Part shown: in pieces, positions 1-14,200 of the stretch
How the letters are laid out: each line of letters starts with the position of its first letter
Numbering within the stretch: position 1 is the stretch's first letter
Source: Octopus vulgaris
Taxonomy: Eukaryota
Assembly (NCBI GenBank): GCA_951406725.2
Contig: OX597814.1
Location: 8,556,001 to 8,620,000 of the forward strand
Direction of reading: 5' to 3'
DNA: 64,000 bases
Notes under the pieces: model-generated
Told to the model about the DNA's origin: nothing
Databases searched by the model: none
What the model saw: only the letters and a program-made list of their open reading frames with translations
Translations under genes and position numbers: made by a program

Positions 1-1350
1 ATTTAATGTCCATCAGTTTGACAAGATCTGGTAATCTCTAGATCTGTGTTAGGTTCCACACTCAGCTGGCTGGCTGAGTGCTGCTGGCTGGCTGAGTGCG
101 GCTGGCTGAGTGTGGATGGCTGGCTGCCCTTCAAAATGCCTATCATTTTACAGTGTGGAGTGAAAGCTGCTTTTCTCATGGCACCAGCACTGGTGAGGTC
201 ACTAAGTATCTTGCAAAACAAAGCAAAGAATGGAAAAGGATAAAAACCCCCAATGGAATTGGGGGGAGGGTGGCTTGTTGCCAGGGGTAGAAAGTCTAAA
301 GTTTGCCAAAGGGTCAAGCACAGTTGTCTGGATATAGAGGGATTCATGGCCTCCTTATATTTATGCAAGGGTGCATGACAGTATCTAGAAGGGAGAAAGA
401 TGGTGGTAATAGGGTGCAAGAGCATAGTCCCAAGTTACAAGAAGGGGAGTAGAAGGGAGACTGTGGATGAGGAAAGAAGGAATGGGAGGGTAATGGCATC
501 AGAGTGTGAGATGAGAATGGCAGAGGTTAGAGATGGGGCTTGAGGTGGTTGTAGGAAGTGAGGAACAATGGTTTGAGGTGGAGTTGAGAGACTGACGGGG
601 CTCGGAAAGGAGGAGGTGACAAGAAGTAGCATAGGAAGGGTGGAGAGCAGCAGAACCATCAATCTGTTGATAGATGAGGAGGAAGAGAGATGATGACCAG
701 GATCTGACAGCAGAGGGAAAGCAAAAATGATGAACTGTGAAAGAGATGGGAGTCAGAGATACATGGGGGTGGCTGTAGTGAGTGGGGCCAGAAAACTGGA
801 GGGAGTTTTAGCAATGGCTGTGAGAGGGTGTTGAGAATGATTGCAGATAGGATAAGTGTTCAACAGGAAACCTGGCAGAGTAAGGTGTAGCTAAGAGGGG
901 TGGGTGGGAAAGATTAGGGAAGGGACAGAAAGGGATGATCGATGGAAGGGTGTATGGACAGAGATGATGATGCAAGTGAGGCGACTGGTATTAACGAAAG
1001 GGTATGGTCGGTATTGAATGCTCTCAAATGGTTACAGCAGTAAAGTAGGACCATAGTTAGAAGAGTATAATAGAGGGATGGGTGTTAGGAAGATGAGATG
1101 TGGTGAAGGGGATGCTTCACAGGGACAGATGTGGGTGTAGGGCCCAGCATGGACAGTTTTTGGACATGACTTTTGCTGTGACAAATGTGTCTTTATATAT
1201 CATTTTGTTCAACTTGGACCTGGATGGAATATGGACATTATATCATCATGGGGGGGGGGGGGTAATGATGATGTTGGTATATATATATATATATATGTGT
1301 GTGTATACCTATACACACACATACACACACTGATATTTGTTTATTTTCAG

Positions 1351-1466
1351 AAACCACAACATCAAAACAGGAATCATCCTCCATGGCACCAAGAACTAAT
1401 GTGGCATTGACAAAGAATCGTGGCATCAAAATACAACTAATGATTGATTCAATTTCTAATGCATCT
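1351..1466 (+). CDS. Copy 1 exon a (linker + macrodomain start)
   Basis: ttttcag|aa...gcatct|gtgagt; translates TTTSKQESSSMAPRTNVALTKNRGIKIQLMIDSISNAS in phase with the next exon. Confidence 0.8.
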
Positions 1467-4400
1467 GTGAGTAAATAGATTCACTTAACATATTTATATT
1501 TAATTGTTATTTCATTTCCAAATGAGGAATCATTACAGTTAATTAAAACATTTTCTCAATCTAACTCAAACATTTTATTTCCTTCACATCTGATATCTTG
1601 AGTATATCTTTTGCTAACTTTAACAACCTCAAACTTACTACAGCCATTCTGTAGAGCCTTTCTTAACAACAATATCAACTGCAACAATGTATCTCTCTTC
1701 TCTCCATGGACTGTTCCTTAGTTGTTTACCATTAATTACTTTTGTAGGTTGATGTCATCGTTAACAGCACCAATGAACGGCTCCAGCTTAACAAGGGTTC
1801 TATTTCCAATTCTATTCTCAATGCTGCTGGTTCACAGATACAATATGAATGTAACCAGAGATATCCTCAAGGTATTTCTACATCTAAAATAGCCATCACT
1901 AAAGGATATAACCTCAAATGTAAGAATGTATTTCATCTGGTATTACCTCTCTGGGATGAAAATTCCTCTGATTTAGTAAGTATCAATCATATGATATTGA
2001 TTTATTGAAACAGTTAATGTTTGAAGAGAACCTTATGCATGTTGTGTGAGAATCATAAAGCAAATGTCAGCATCCTGTTTAATATTTGTTCTTCCAAGTT
2101 ATCATTGGAAGGAAGCAGAAGATATCGATGAAACAGGACACTTTTATATATAAATAGAAGGAAAAAAGCCTCATGGCCTAACAACAGTTATGTGACTGAT
2201 AAATAAGACTATATTAAAACATATTTCTCTGTTTTACTCTCTGTATTGGTGAGTTTTTCTCTGTCATGGCACGAGCACTAGAGAGGTTGTCATGTCCTCA
2301 ACAACACTAAAGACTCCTCTTGGGTCTGCAATGTCTCTCTTCATTCACCAACCATTTTACACGGTGGATTGGGTCTGATTTATTGTAGCAGCATCATGAG
2401 TGAGGTTGCCTTGTCCCTTGCAGGACTAAAGAGTGATAGGAATGACAGTTGTGTTTAGAAGTGGTAGGAGTGAGAGGAGTTGTGAGAGGAGGATATATTT
2501 ATTACAACTTAATGCTTTCTTCCTGTAATAAGAAAATAATTTAATAAAATGTTCATTATCAATTACTAAACAATTATTTTTTTTAGATTCTGGCAAACTT
2601 GACTCAAATAATAACCATTTGTCTATACACTGCTGAGAGAATGGGAGCAAAATGCTTGGCATTTCCTATATTAGGGGCTGGGATATTGAAGTACCCCATT
2701 GAAAACCTACCAAGAACTATGTACGAAGCCGTGAAAAACTACTCAAATCAAAATTCAAGCCAGATCAAAGATGTTTACTTCGTGGTTTATCCTCAAGACA
2801 CGGAAATAATGAAGGTTGGTTGATGTATTTGTTGTTTGTTGTTTTATGTTGATATTCTTGGAATTTACCAAAAAAATATTCTACAAGAAACAAAGGAAAT
2901 AGAAATGATCTTCATTTACAGTCCTTGTTCCATTTTGGAATTGGTGCAACATTTTGACTGGCTCCAATGAGCCACAAGGGTTTATTGAACCCCAGTGTCT
3001 GCTTTGGCATGGTTTCTATGGCTGAATGCCATTCCTAATGCCAACCGCTTCACAGCATGTCCTGGGTACCTTTCTTCATGCTACCTTTAATGCTGTTCAT
3101 TATATCTTGTTGTGCTTTATCCTTTCATTATACCATTTCCCATCACCAAATTCTTGCTTCTGAAATATTCCATTGTAACATTTGAAGCTAAGAATGTTTT
3201 GCTTGTTGTTGTTGTTGTTGTATTTATTGTTGGACCCTGAGTCAGTTCCGATTCTGCAGACTGAATGTCATAGATGCTTGTATGTCTTTCTTCTCTTCTT
3301 TCTTTCCATTCCTCCTCCTCCCCCTCTTCTTCCTAGCTGCCACAGCCAAGATCCATTTCACAAATGCCAAACCAATTACCTCTGTCCCTCTTCCCCCTTT
3401 CTCTCTGTTTCTTGTTCTGGGACTCTTGCAATAACATCAGTTGTAATTAGGTGGAACTTTCTCCCTATCCAAGTATGGAAATCTCCAAAATCTAACATCT
3501 GATATGGTCAACGGTTCAGCAAAATAGCTTTGGTCAGCAAACCCTATACTTTATTGAGCATCAAAAGCCAGGATGGATGGAATATGTCCACAAATTTCCT
3601 CTTTGGTTCAGTGCCCTTTAAAAAGCCTGGTGCATTTACCATCAAGCCTTGTCCACTTTGAAATATTTAATTTCCAGATGTTCTGAAGAATGTTTCAAGT
3701 AATCCAAGTTGTTTCCATTGTGCATGAAGAAGTCCCAAATAAAGACCCAAATTACCTGAGAGACCCCATTCTCTGGCTAAGACTTCCCACATTTATTCAC
3801 AAAACACTATAAAGCAGCAAGGTATGATGTGAGAGAGATTTGGCTGTTAATTTTAGCAGATCAAGTGACCACTTAAAGACCTCTTTCTTTGGTTCTTCTT
3901 GCGACTGTTCTTCATTCCCATGCAGTCAGTTATTAGTGTGGGGTAATATTTATCCCCGTTTAAATAAGAATGTTCCATTAGAACCAACTTTACTATGGTA
4001 ATTGCCATGAGAAAGACCCTCACATAGGCTTTTTGGAATGCCCTCTTCTTCATATCAGTAACAAAAAGATAAATCTTCAGCACCAAGGTCACCGAATGAC
4101 ATGATTTCCACCTTGTTTGAACTTATCGATGATGAACACTTGACCGCTAGAGACCGCAGTAATACAGGTCCCCTCCAGCGTTATATAGATTGACACTCCC
4201 TAGTGATCATGTGTCCATCATTGACAAGGTCCAAACAAGGTGGATATTATGTGATCTTGTTGTCCCAGTGCTGGAAGTAGCAGGGAATTATCTCCCCACT
4301 AGTGATATTAACAAGAATACATCTTGCACCAAAAATCCAATGTTACGGTTTAGCTCATGGCGTCTACCACAGTAAAGTTTGTACTAAAAGGACACCCATC

Positions 4401-5173
4401 TAAGCAAATTCTCTCCCTAATGAGATGGGTTATGACCCTCTCTGTGACCTTCATCACCTAATCCAACAGTTTAATACCCCTGTAGTTATTTCTATCTAGA
4501 GCATCACCCTTACCCTTGTAGCAGTTGACTATGGTGCTGCTACGCCAGTCATTGGGTATGACTCCATTATGAACTACCTGGTTTATAATGCGGGTGAGTA
4601 GGCCATAGCCCACATAGCCAGCTGTTTTAAGCCTCTCAGCAGTGATTCCTGATGGGCCGGGGGCTTTACCTGGTTTCATATCCTTAATTGCCTTAACTAC
4701 AAGGGAGCTGTCTATTCAGGTAGCTGGTCCCTCTACTGGGTCAACATTTGGCAGGCTCTCCTCCTCCCGTTCATTCTCCTCATTCAGCAGTCTTTCATAA
4801 TGACTTCTCCAAGCCTCTTTCTTTTCACCAACAGTAAAAGCAAGTGCCCCATCATCCATGCGGACACATTTCTCTCCTGTAACATCACTATTTTCTCTCA
4901 CACACTGTCTGGCAATCCAAAATACCTCAGCTCTTTGGTCCTCACGTCGCTGGACATTAGCAAACTTCTTCCTTTCTGCTACATCTTTGGCTATGTATAC
5001 CTGCCGCCCAGCCTCCCTTTTGGCTACCTGGTACAGTTCCCTGCTACCCCCATCCCTCCAGGCCCGTCTCTTTGCACTAATGGCTTTGTCTACTGCACTA
5101 TTCCACCACCACGTAACTCTAGGCCTGGAAGGGACTTTGCACCATCCACAGACTTGGTCTGTGGCACTCACAC

Positions 5174-5210
<37 letters not shown>

Positions 5211-8200
5211 CATGTGCATGCATATATTATTTTAGTGCTAACTTCATTTCACTACATTCCAAACATCCTGGTTCCCCACTTTATATAGAAATCGCCCATA
5301 GATATTTCCCTACACCACTGCTAGATCACTCTTTTGCCTATCAACTTCAAAGTTCTCCTCTGGAAGATGGTATGATTTTAATATATTGAGCCTCATGGCC
5401 TCTTCTCAAGGTATGTTCTTTTCTATTTTCTCTTCCCTTCATTTATTTTATTTTACGCATTTGTATTCACTCTGATGAAGCTCCAGATCAAATGTCCTAT
5501 GAAGATGATGAATATTAGTTTTGTAATTCTTTCATTAGCACTGACTGGCATTGGAAGCAGAAACAGCCGTAAGAATTGTTTTGTCATGTTTTGTATTGAA
5601 AAGTAATCTATAGATGTGATCCAATTTGTTTCTTTGTTGATCAAAAGTGTTCTTCATTTTCTGATTATTTAAATTTCATTGCCTCACAGAGGCAATGACA
5701 GGAGACCGTGACCTTTGGAGATATGCTGTGATCGAGAAGACCCTGCGACTAAAGTGAGATCGCAACCACACATGTCCAGCCCTGTTAAGAATACTCCTGA
5801 TGTGCCAAGCGATATGATATGCTTGATGAGACTTGTAGAGTCAAGTAAAACCAATATCGTAGCTGGAACCGTTGCCTTCTGACAGACTCCTGTGCCAATG
5901 GCATGTGAGGAGCACCATCCAAACATGGTCCATGCCAGGACTGTGCAAATATAGCCTTGGTGTCAACTGCAAAATGAGAAATGTGGTTTACTGAATGAAG
6001 TGCATGAATGGTGATTATAAAAACCAGAAGACTACATACATAGGTGAAATAGTGAGAAGTTTGGCCAAGCATATAAATAAACATTGGAGAGGATACAAGG
6101 ATTAGAGGCAGGCCTCAATACTCTACCAGCATGCCAAAGGACAACATGGTGGTGTGCGGAACCGAATTAGCATAGAAATCTTGTCTAGATACCCAGACAA
6201 TGCATTCTACAACAGATACAATATTTTTTCATGTGCCACCTACACAAGTGTCAGCAAGGCGACACAGGTAATGATCATGCTCGAATAGTGATTTTACGTG
6301 CCACTGGCACGGAGTCCAACTTGTTGCTCTGGCAACAATCACGCTCGTATGGTGCTCTTAGCGCTCCACTAGCATAGGATGTCAGTCATCGAATTTGATT
6401 CTGATTTCACTTGCCTCAACTGGTCTTCGCAAGCAGAGTTTAGTGTCCAATGAAGGAAAGGTACGCATAAGTGAGCTGGTTACACCCCTGGCATAGGCCA
6501 CGAGGTTATGGTCTCACTTAAGCTTGCTGAGTCTTCTCAAGCACAGCATATTTCCAAAGGTTCCAGTCACTAGTCATTGCCTTGGTGAGGCCCAATGTTT
6601 AAAGGTCATGCTTCACCACTTCATCCCAGGTCTTCATAGGTCTACCTCTTCCACAGGTTCCCTCAACCGCTAGGGTGTGGCACTTTGTCACACAGCTATC
6701 CACATCTATTCTCGCCACATGACCATACCAGCACAGTCGTCTCTCTTGCACACTACATCTGATGCTTCTTAGGTCCAACTTATCTTTCAAGGTACCAATA
6801 CTCTGTCGAGCATGCACACTGACATTACACATCCATCGGGCATAGTGGCTTCATTCCTTGTGAGCTTACGCATGTCCTCAGCAGTATATATACATATACA
6901 AACATTATGTAAATACATAGTGAGACTAATAGAACTGAAATTAATATATATACAGATAGTGAAAGTAATTGAAATTGAAGCCATATAATCGTGAAACTAT
7001 TATATCACATTACAATAGAGATATTATTGTTTCACTTTTGACACAATACCAAAACAGTGTAAGAGATAAGAGATTTCTCTGGGCTTGCATTAGGCAAGAA
7101 GTTGAAACATTTTTTGGCCCATAACACTGCATAGACCCTAAGTAAGGCATGTGTAAAATTTGAATGATATTTGTTGAATTGGTTGGGTAGTTCTCGAGTT
7201 TTAGTGATGCACACAGATACACACGCACATTTTCAGTTTTATTTATATTGATAAATAGAAATGTAAATTTAAAACAATATTCATGATAGAAGCAATGAAT
7301 AAAAGCATTGCATTGAAATTAACAGAAATTAATTAGGAAATTAATTATGTTTTTGATTGAGTGATGATAAATTATTTGTTTACTTCTAACAGAAATTTCA
7401 TGAATATTTCCAAGGAAACACGACAGGTAGTTCAGCTGCATCATCAGGTAAATACTTTCTTTTTATTTATCTTAAATTTTATTTAGGAAAAAACTAGTGT
7501 CTCTTTTCGTGGTTGTTGTTGTTCAGGAGGTGAGCTGGCAGAATCATTAGCATGTTGGGCAAAATGCTTAGTGGCATTTTGTCTGTCTTAACATTCTGAG
7601 TTCAAATTCCACCTTTCAGGGACAATGAAATAAGTACCAGTTACACACTGGGGTCAGTGTAATCCAGAATCCCTTCCTCCAAAACTTCAGGCCTTGTGCC
7701 TTTAATAACAAAGAGTATTATTTTTATTATTATTGAGTGAGAGAGCAATGCATGCCATCAAAGTGACAGTGAGGTACAAATATACAAAGTCCAGTATACC
7801 CATTATGTCTACCCATCTGATAAGGGTACACCAGGCCCATACATCACAACCATATGTGTGTGACATTATGATCTCATAACAAGATAAACAGTGTATGACC
7901 TTGCAGGTGGGGCTCAGACTTTCTTGTCATATCGAAGAGCCCATCCCGCTCAAAAGATTCCTGAATAAGGGGTGTTTAAAGATGATGAATGAAACACCCA
8001 TGTTTCCAAAGGTGAATTATCCAAACCCCAAAGAATCCCCCTCAACACATGGCTATGATGCTCCCCCACTACTTCTGCTCATGATCAGAGATGCACATAT
8101 TGTCAGCCCCTAAGGGACATGCTCAACTGGTTACGGTCAAACAACTGACAAGCAAATCTGTGGTATTGAGCAGAATATTTGCTGTAACCCATCTTTTATA

Positions 8201-11200
8201 CCAAGGCAAAACAATGTACATGATAACACTTCCAATCAGTTAAGATCAAAAGCCATGAGAGCCACTGCCTGTTACTGCATCAGAGCATTTATTATTATTA
8301 TTATTATTTTTATCATCATCATCATCATCATCATCATTATTATTAGAATTGTTGGTATACTGGATGAAATTCTTAGAAGTATTTCACCTGTTGCTGTCTT
8401 GAGTTCAAATTCTGAAGAGGTCGACTTTGCTTTTATCCTTTTGGGGATCCATAAATTAAGTCCCAGTGAAATGATGGAGTCGATGTAACTGACAAAATCC
8501 CCATCCTATAAATTTCTTGCCTTGCGTCTTCAAGTCGTGGTTGAAGGCAGATAGCCAAGGTCTTGTGGCCCTCTTCCCACAACAAAATGGAGCTTGAGGA
8601 ACAGCAGCTATGCTACCACCATCACCACAAGAAGGCCAAAAGCTGCAACAACAATCAATGCAGCAACAACCATTAAAGCAACATCTTCAACAGCAGAGTC
8701 CCACCACAACAATGGCACCATCAGCTGTAGCATGGAAAATAAGCAACACCAGATTATCCCATGCCTACAGACGGGCAACACAGATACGCCATGTATTTCC
8801 AACACTGGTGCTACAGAAGCCTTATCATGTAATGAGAAGGAACTGAATCTGCCAAGAAGGACTTGTGTTGGAGAAATGAAGAAAAATAGTTCCAAAAAAG
8901 GTTGTCCCAAGCTGAAAGTGAAAAGCCAGGATGAGGAATTTTCACCTAATCCATCAGCTACACTAGCAACACCAACACTGACACACTCACCCAAATCCCA
9001 ACAGCTAAAGCAATGCACACTCATTCAACTGCGGGTGCAGACTTCAGTGGTAGTTGCAAATATTGGAACTGTACACCTATAAAAAACACCAAAACAGAAA
9101 AAATGCACAAAGAGAAACAACAATTGCAAGAACAACTTGTACAACTGACTACAGGACCCAGACGCCTCATCATCTTCACAGTCGTTTGCAAGAGAAACAG
9201 TGAGCTGATGCAGGAAGTAGTGAATAACACAGGAAGTCATACAAAAGGAATAGGGTTTGGGGAACATCTGTTGAAAAGTCCCCACGACAGGCAGATTAAA
9301 AGAACTGACACAAACACTTATTTAGAACTAGATATATTCATGGGAGATTGGGCCCTTTAGGCTAAAGTCCATCAAAAGGACTTTGGGAAGGCCTTTCATT
9401 AATAATTTTTCTCAAGAAGCAGCTGAATCAGCTGACCTTCTCAAAATCCAAGGTAAGTGATCTTGTTCCGTTTTGTTTCTCTGATAAATATGGTCGTTTT
9501 CAGAGTAGGGTGTGTGAATGTATGTGGCCTGAGGTCAGCTTTGAAGCACAATCACTTTCTAAATGACTTCAGGTCACTTGATTTAGGTGTGACTGCATTT
9601 AGCAAGACAAGGATTTCTAAGGAGCAAGCATTAGCACCCATTTTTGAGGACTATGAAATATGCTTATCTTGTGGTCTGTCAGGAGCACGCAGCGGGGTAG
9701 CAGTGCTATTCTGAAAATCCTTAGACCTCAAAGTAAAAGCAATCTCCTTGGACCTGAGTGGCAGGCTGGTGGTTCTTGATGTGAATGGTAGTGAAGGTGG
9801 CATCCTTAGACTGGTGGTCATCGATGCTCTGGCAGGGGTTGGAAGGCAAGAATTCTACAGGTGCCAAGAAATATTACTTTGAATATCTCACAGTTTAGTA
9901 CTATTAAGGAACTGGAATGGGATTTTGGATGCAGAAAACGTTTGTGTGAGGCTAGTACACAGAAGAAGTGCTGGGGCCCTATAACCTACTCAGAAACTTT
10001 CATTTATCTTAAAAGTACTGACTGGATTTCCCTGATGTACATTGAGCAACCACAATGGATCATCCATTTCATATCTAGATAGAGCTACTGTTGCAGAAGT
10101 TGGAACAGCTAAGGGACGTCCCTTTCTAACTGGGGCCAGGAGGGATAGTGTCAGCATACAGGGACAAATCGAGGGCTTTTTGGTTGGGCTCCTGGACATG
10201 TAAGAGGATGCCATTGGTTAAACTGCACAGGATCTAGTTTGGTCATGACCTGCAGGTTGATAAGAATGGGGTGATGTGGCAACCAGGGTGGTCAGTCTTA
10301 CCCAGAAATGAGTTGAGAGGAAGCTGTCCCTGAAAGGTCGGGCAGAGGTGGCAAGTGTCTACATTGTATCTATTATCATTTATCACCTGACCACCGTACC
10401 TTGTCTTGGTTACTCTTCACCAGGCTGCAGCAGTTCTTCTTTAAATTCTTGTGGAAGGGTTTGGCAGTCAGTCTGTTGCCAGCATCCTCTGAGTGGTGGA
10501 TTAGGTATGGCATGGTTCCTAATGTGCAGACACACTCTTGGGTTATGCCACCTGCAGTGATTTCAGGATTTGTCTAGTGGAGGCATCTGAAAGCATTCAA
10601 GACAAGCTCTTTCCTCTTCACTCTTGCCACAAATGTCAGAAAGTTCATTGAAAGGTGTGTGAATGTGGCAAGGGTGACCCATGTGGACGGGTCTACTATG
10701 CACCTGTAGACAGGGGAGAGAGAAGCAGAGAGTTGTGATTACCTGAGGAGCCATGTGTGTGGGGTTTCCTTGGCAACTGCTGTTTGGATTTCCCCCATAT
10801 TGGGGAATTTAATTGTTTGTTTTCTTTTGTTAATTGTTTTTGTTTATTTACTGTTTACACACATCGTCTAAACACCACTGTCCATTGTTTGTTTTATGTA
10901 ATGTCCTTTTGTGTGGACCCTTGGGGAAAATAACGAAAGTATTATTAATATTATTATCTTAACTGATTATTATTATGATTTTGGAGCTTGGGGCAGCCTC
11001 CTGGATTCCCAGACCTCCAGTCAAACTGTCCAACCCATGCCAACATAGAAAACGGACATTAAATGATGATGATGATCATGATGATGATGATGATCATCAT
11101 CATCATCATCATCATCACTATCCTTCAATTCTGTTTCCATTTCTTGCTGGGTGTCTTCCTGACACCTAGGGCAGAGAAACTCACTGTATATATTGGTAAG

Positions 11201-14200
11201 CCACTGAAAGAAACACACCAGATTGTTCATTTACAAAGTCATGTGATAGAGAAAAAGTGGAAGAAAGACATAGAGAAAGATAAAAATGTAAACAAAGAAA
11301 ATAAAGGGGAAAAAAGTAAAGAAAATTCACAGCAACAATGCTCTTCTCAATACGTGTGACCAGTTACCAGTTAAGACAATCTTTTGCACTTCCTGTATGG
11401 ATGGTAAGCCAGGGATCATTCTTAAATAATTTTCAGTTCCTGTTTTGATCATTCCAACTGCTCCTACAATCACTGGTATTGTAGCCATCTTGAGATGCGA
11501 CATCTTTTTGATTTCAATCAGCAGATCTTTATATTTTCTGAGCTTATCAAATTCTTTTGCTGAGATATCATAGTCACAAAGTACGCTCACATCAATCAAT
11601 AAACAGACTTTATTGTTTTGGTCTTTCAAAACAATTTCTGGTTTATTAGCTTTGATGGTCACATCTGTACATACTGGGAAGTCCCAAAGAATCGTTACAT
11701 TTTCTCCCTCTCTAACAGCCTCAGGGTGGTGCCTGTACCATTTGTCAGCAATTTTGATTTTATGATACTGATACATTATCCAAAGTAGATACTGGTCGAC
11801 ACTGTCATTTCTTGATTTATACTCTACTGGTGCTAAATCCTTACACCCAGAGATTAGGTGGTCCACTGTTTCAATCCCATCCTTACAGTATAGGCACTTT
11901 TAGTCTAAACAATTTTTCATCACATTGGCTTGATAGTTCTGCGTCAATAAGTTCTGATCTTGGGTAGCCAAGATAAAGCCTTCACTCTCTGCCTTTAGCC
12001 CTGAGCTCCCTAGCTACTGATGGGTGTGCTTCTGGTCTACATCAGCTTGTTTGCTATGGGCCACATATTTGCCATGCAGAGGTTTTTGTTCCCACCTATC
12101 AACCAATTGTTTAAACGCATTTTGCTTTGCTCTTCATTTCACCTTCTTTGCAACTAGAGTTGTTGCACTTCCCTCATGCAGTTCCACTTGAACACAACAG
12201 AATGAGGCTTTTTATGTCTTTCGTGTTTCTCAATGAGCTTTTGCAGCCATTTGTCAGATGTTTCAAGATATTTTACCTGACCAATTGTGGTGGTTTTGTA
12301 GGAGATTTCAAGTCGAATCAAACCTTGACTTCCTTGAGCTCTGGGTAGGTAAACACGATCTGCATCGGCCTTTGGGTGGTGCATCCTCTTGCTTATTGAT
12401 TTTCCTGTCAGTGTTCCTTATTTTGACTGTGGCAACATCCAACTCCACTGAATGTGAGGTCTTCAGTTTTCCTTTCTGGAAAGTGACCTTGGCACACTTA
12501 TCAAAACCAAATTCCATCCCGATGTCCTTACTAAATGCTTTCACAGTATGTAGCAGTCCTTCAAGCTCATTATCATCTTTGCCACAGAGTTTTAAGTCAT
12601 CCACATAAAATAGATGACTTGTTTTCTTGTCGCCAATTTAATATTCATACCCTGTTCTGTTGAATTCATTTGTAATGAGTATTAGGGCTATGCAGAAAAT
12701 TAAGAATGAAAGTGAGTCACCTTGGAAAATGCTACAGTTGATATTAATATCTTTTGTGGTCAGTACTCCATCAGAGTGGTATAACTGGAGATTTGTATTC
12801 CACATTGACATGTTGTGCTTCAGGAAATGTGAGGAATTTGGAAGATATCCAGCGATTTCAAGATCCATGAATGCAGCATGCTGTCAAAGGCCTTTTTTAT
12901 AATCAATCCATGCAGAACTGAGATTTCTGCATTTGCTATGACAGTTCCTCAAGGGCCATGCTATTCATTAAGAGTTGGTCTTTACATCCATATGAGCCTT
13001 GTTGGCACCCTTTTTGTTCAGTGGGGAAAATATCATTCTGTTCCATAAATTTGTATGTTTTTCTCCATGAGGATGGATGCTAAAATTTCATACGTGGCAG
13101 ATAGACATGTCATGGGTGGATAGTCTTGGGGAAAGCTGGTTCCATTATTCTTCAGGAGAAGGTAAGTAATACCTCTTGCTAACCAATCGGGTGTTTTTGC
13201 AGGATCTCTCATAATTTCATTAAATACCTGAACTTAATTTTCATGTCTGCATGGGAGTGAAATTTTGCACACTATCATTACTACTATTAAACTATAGAAA
13301 TCATTAGTAATTCAGTGTTTCTTGTCTAAACCCAACATTTTGTCAAAATATACCTGTTTTTTTATAAACTTTCAACAATATTCTTATATTTGTTCTGAAA
13401 TATTTGATTTCTATTTGAACTTTAGAACCAATCCCAGATACATGGTCACCAATGGAAGACGAGGAATTAATTAAAATCGTTCCAGTCACAAGTGGATCAG
13501 AATATGATGACATCCAGGCCACTTTCCGTCGGAATTTGCCTTCCTATCGTATAATCAAAGTTTGTATTTTTACTTCTGTTTATAAACAATATTTGATGGT
13601 TTATTGTTAAAACAAAATGTTAAGAGACATTTTGTTTGTGTAAAAGACTTAAATCTCATAGTATGAACCTATTTTGGGATGGTTTTATGTGTTTTTGGAT
13701 ATTCACAAGAAATCTTTGCTCAACAAAAATACCTCTGCTTTAACTTCTTGCATTGAATTGTAAATGCAACACCATTTTGCAGCTAAACTATTATACCTTA
13801 CCAAAATTTACAGTTGAATCAAAATTGGTATCAAATAAAAAAAGAAAAAAGAAAACAGATAGGGTTGGGGATTTTCACCACAAATGTTATTTCCTTGTCA
13901 AAGAAGTGAATTGATTGTCTTTTCATAACTGTATTTTCCTTTCTACAGATTGAGAGAATTCAAAATAAAACATTATGCCAGAGATACAAAGCATTGAAAG
14001 AACAATTTGAGGCAGAAAATCCAAATACTGAAATTGAAGTTGATGGCCTTTGGCATGGTACTACTGCAGAATGTGTTGAAAGAATAAATAGATATGGATT
14101 CAACTGTAGATATTGTAGTAAAAATGGTAAGTAAATATTCTCGAAGTGGCAGCAGTAGTGTCCTCTACCCACCCTTCCTATTGTCCTGAGCTGGACAGTC

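Noticed and set aside
1-1230. Purine-rich region with short ctggctgagtg repeats, possibly a decayed retroelement or upstream exon
   Set aside because: No convincing protein motif or splice-compatible exon identifiable by eye.
4125-4165. gatgatga...gagac cgca gta, a possible fifth hammerhead
   Set aside because: Both core boxes are mutated and the stems do not pair convincingly.
7895-8113. 72-aa ORF conserved at 50172-50390
   Set aside because: Lies inside a dispersed repeat within a homogenised tract; not maintained in the third copy.
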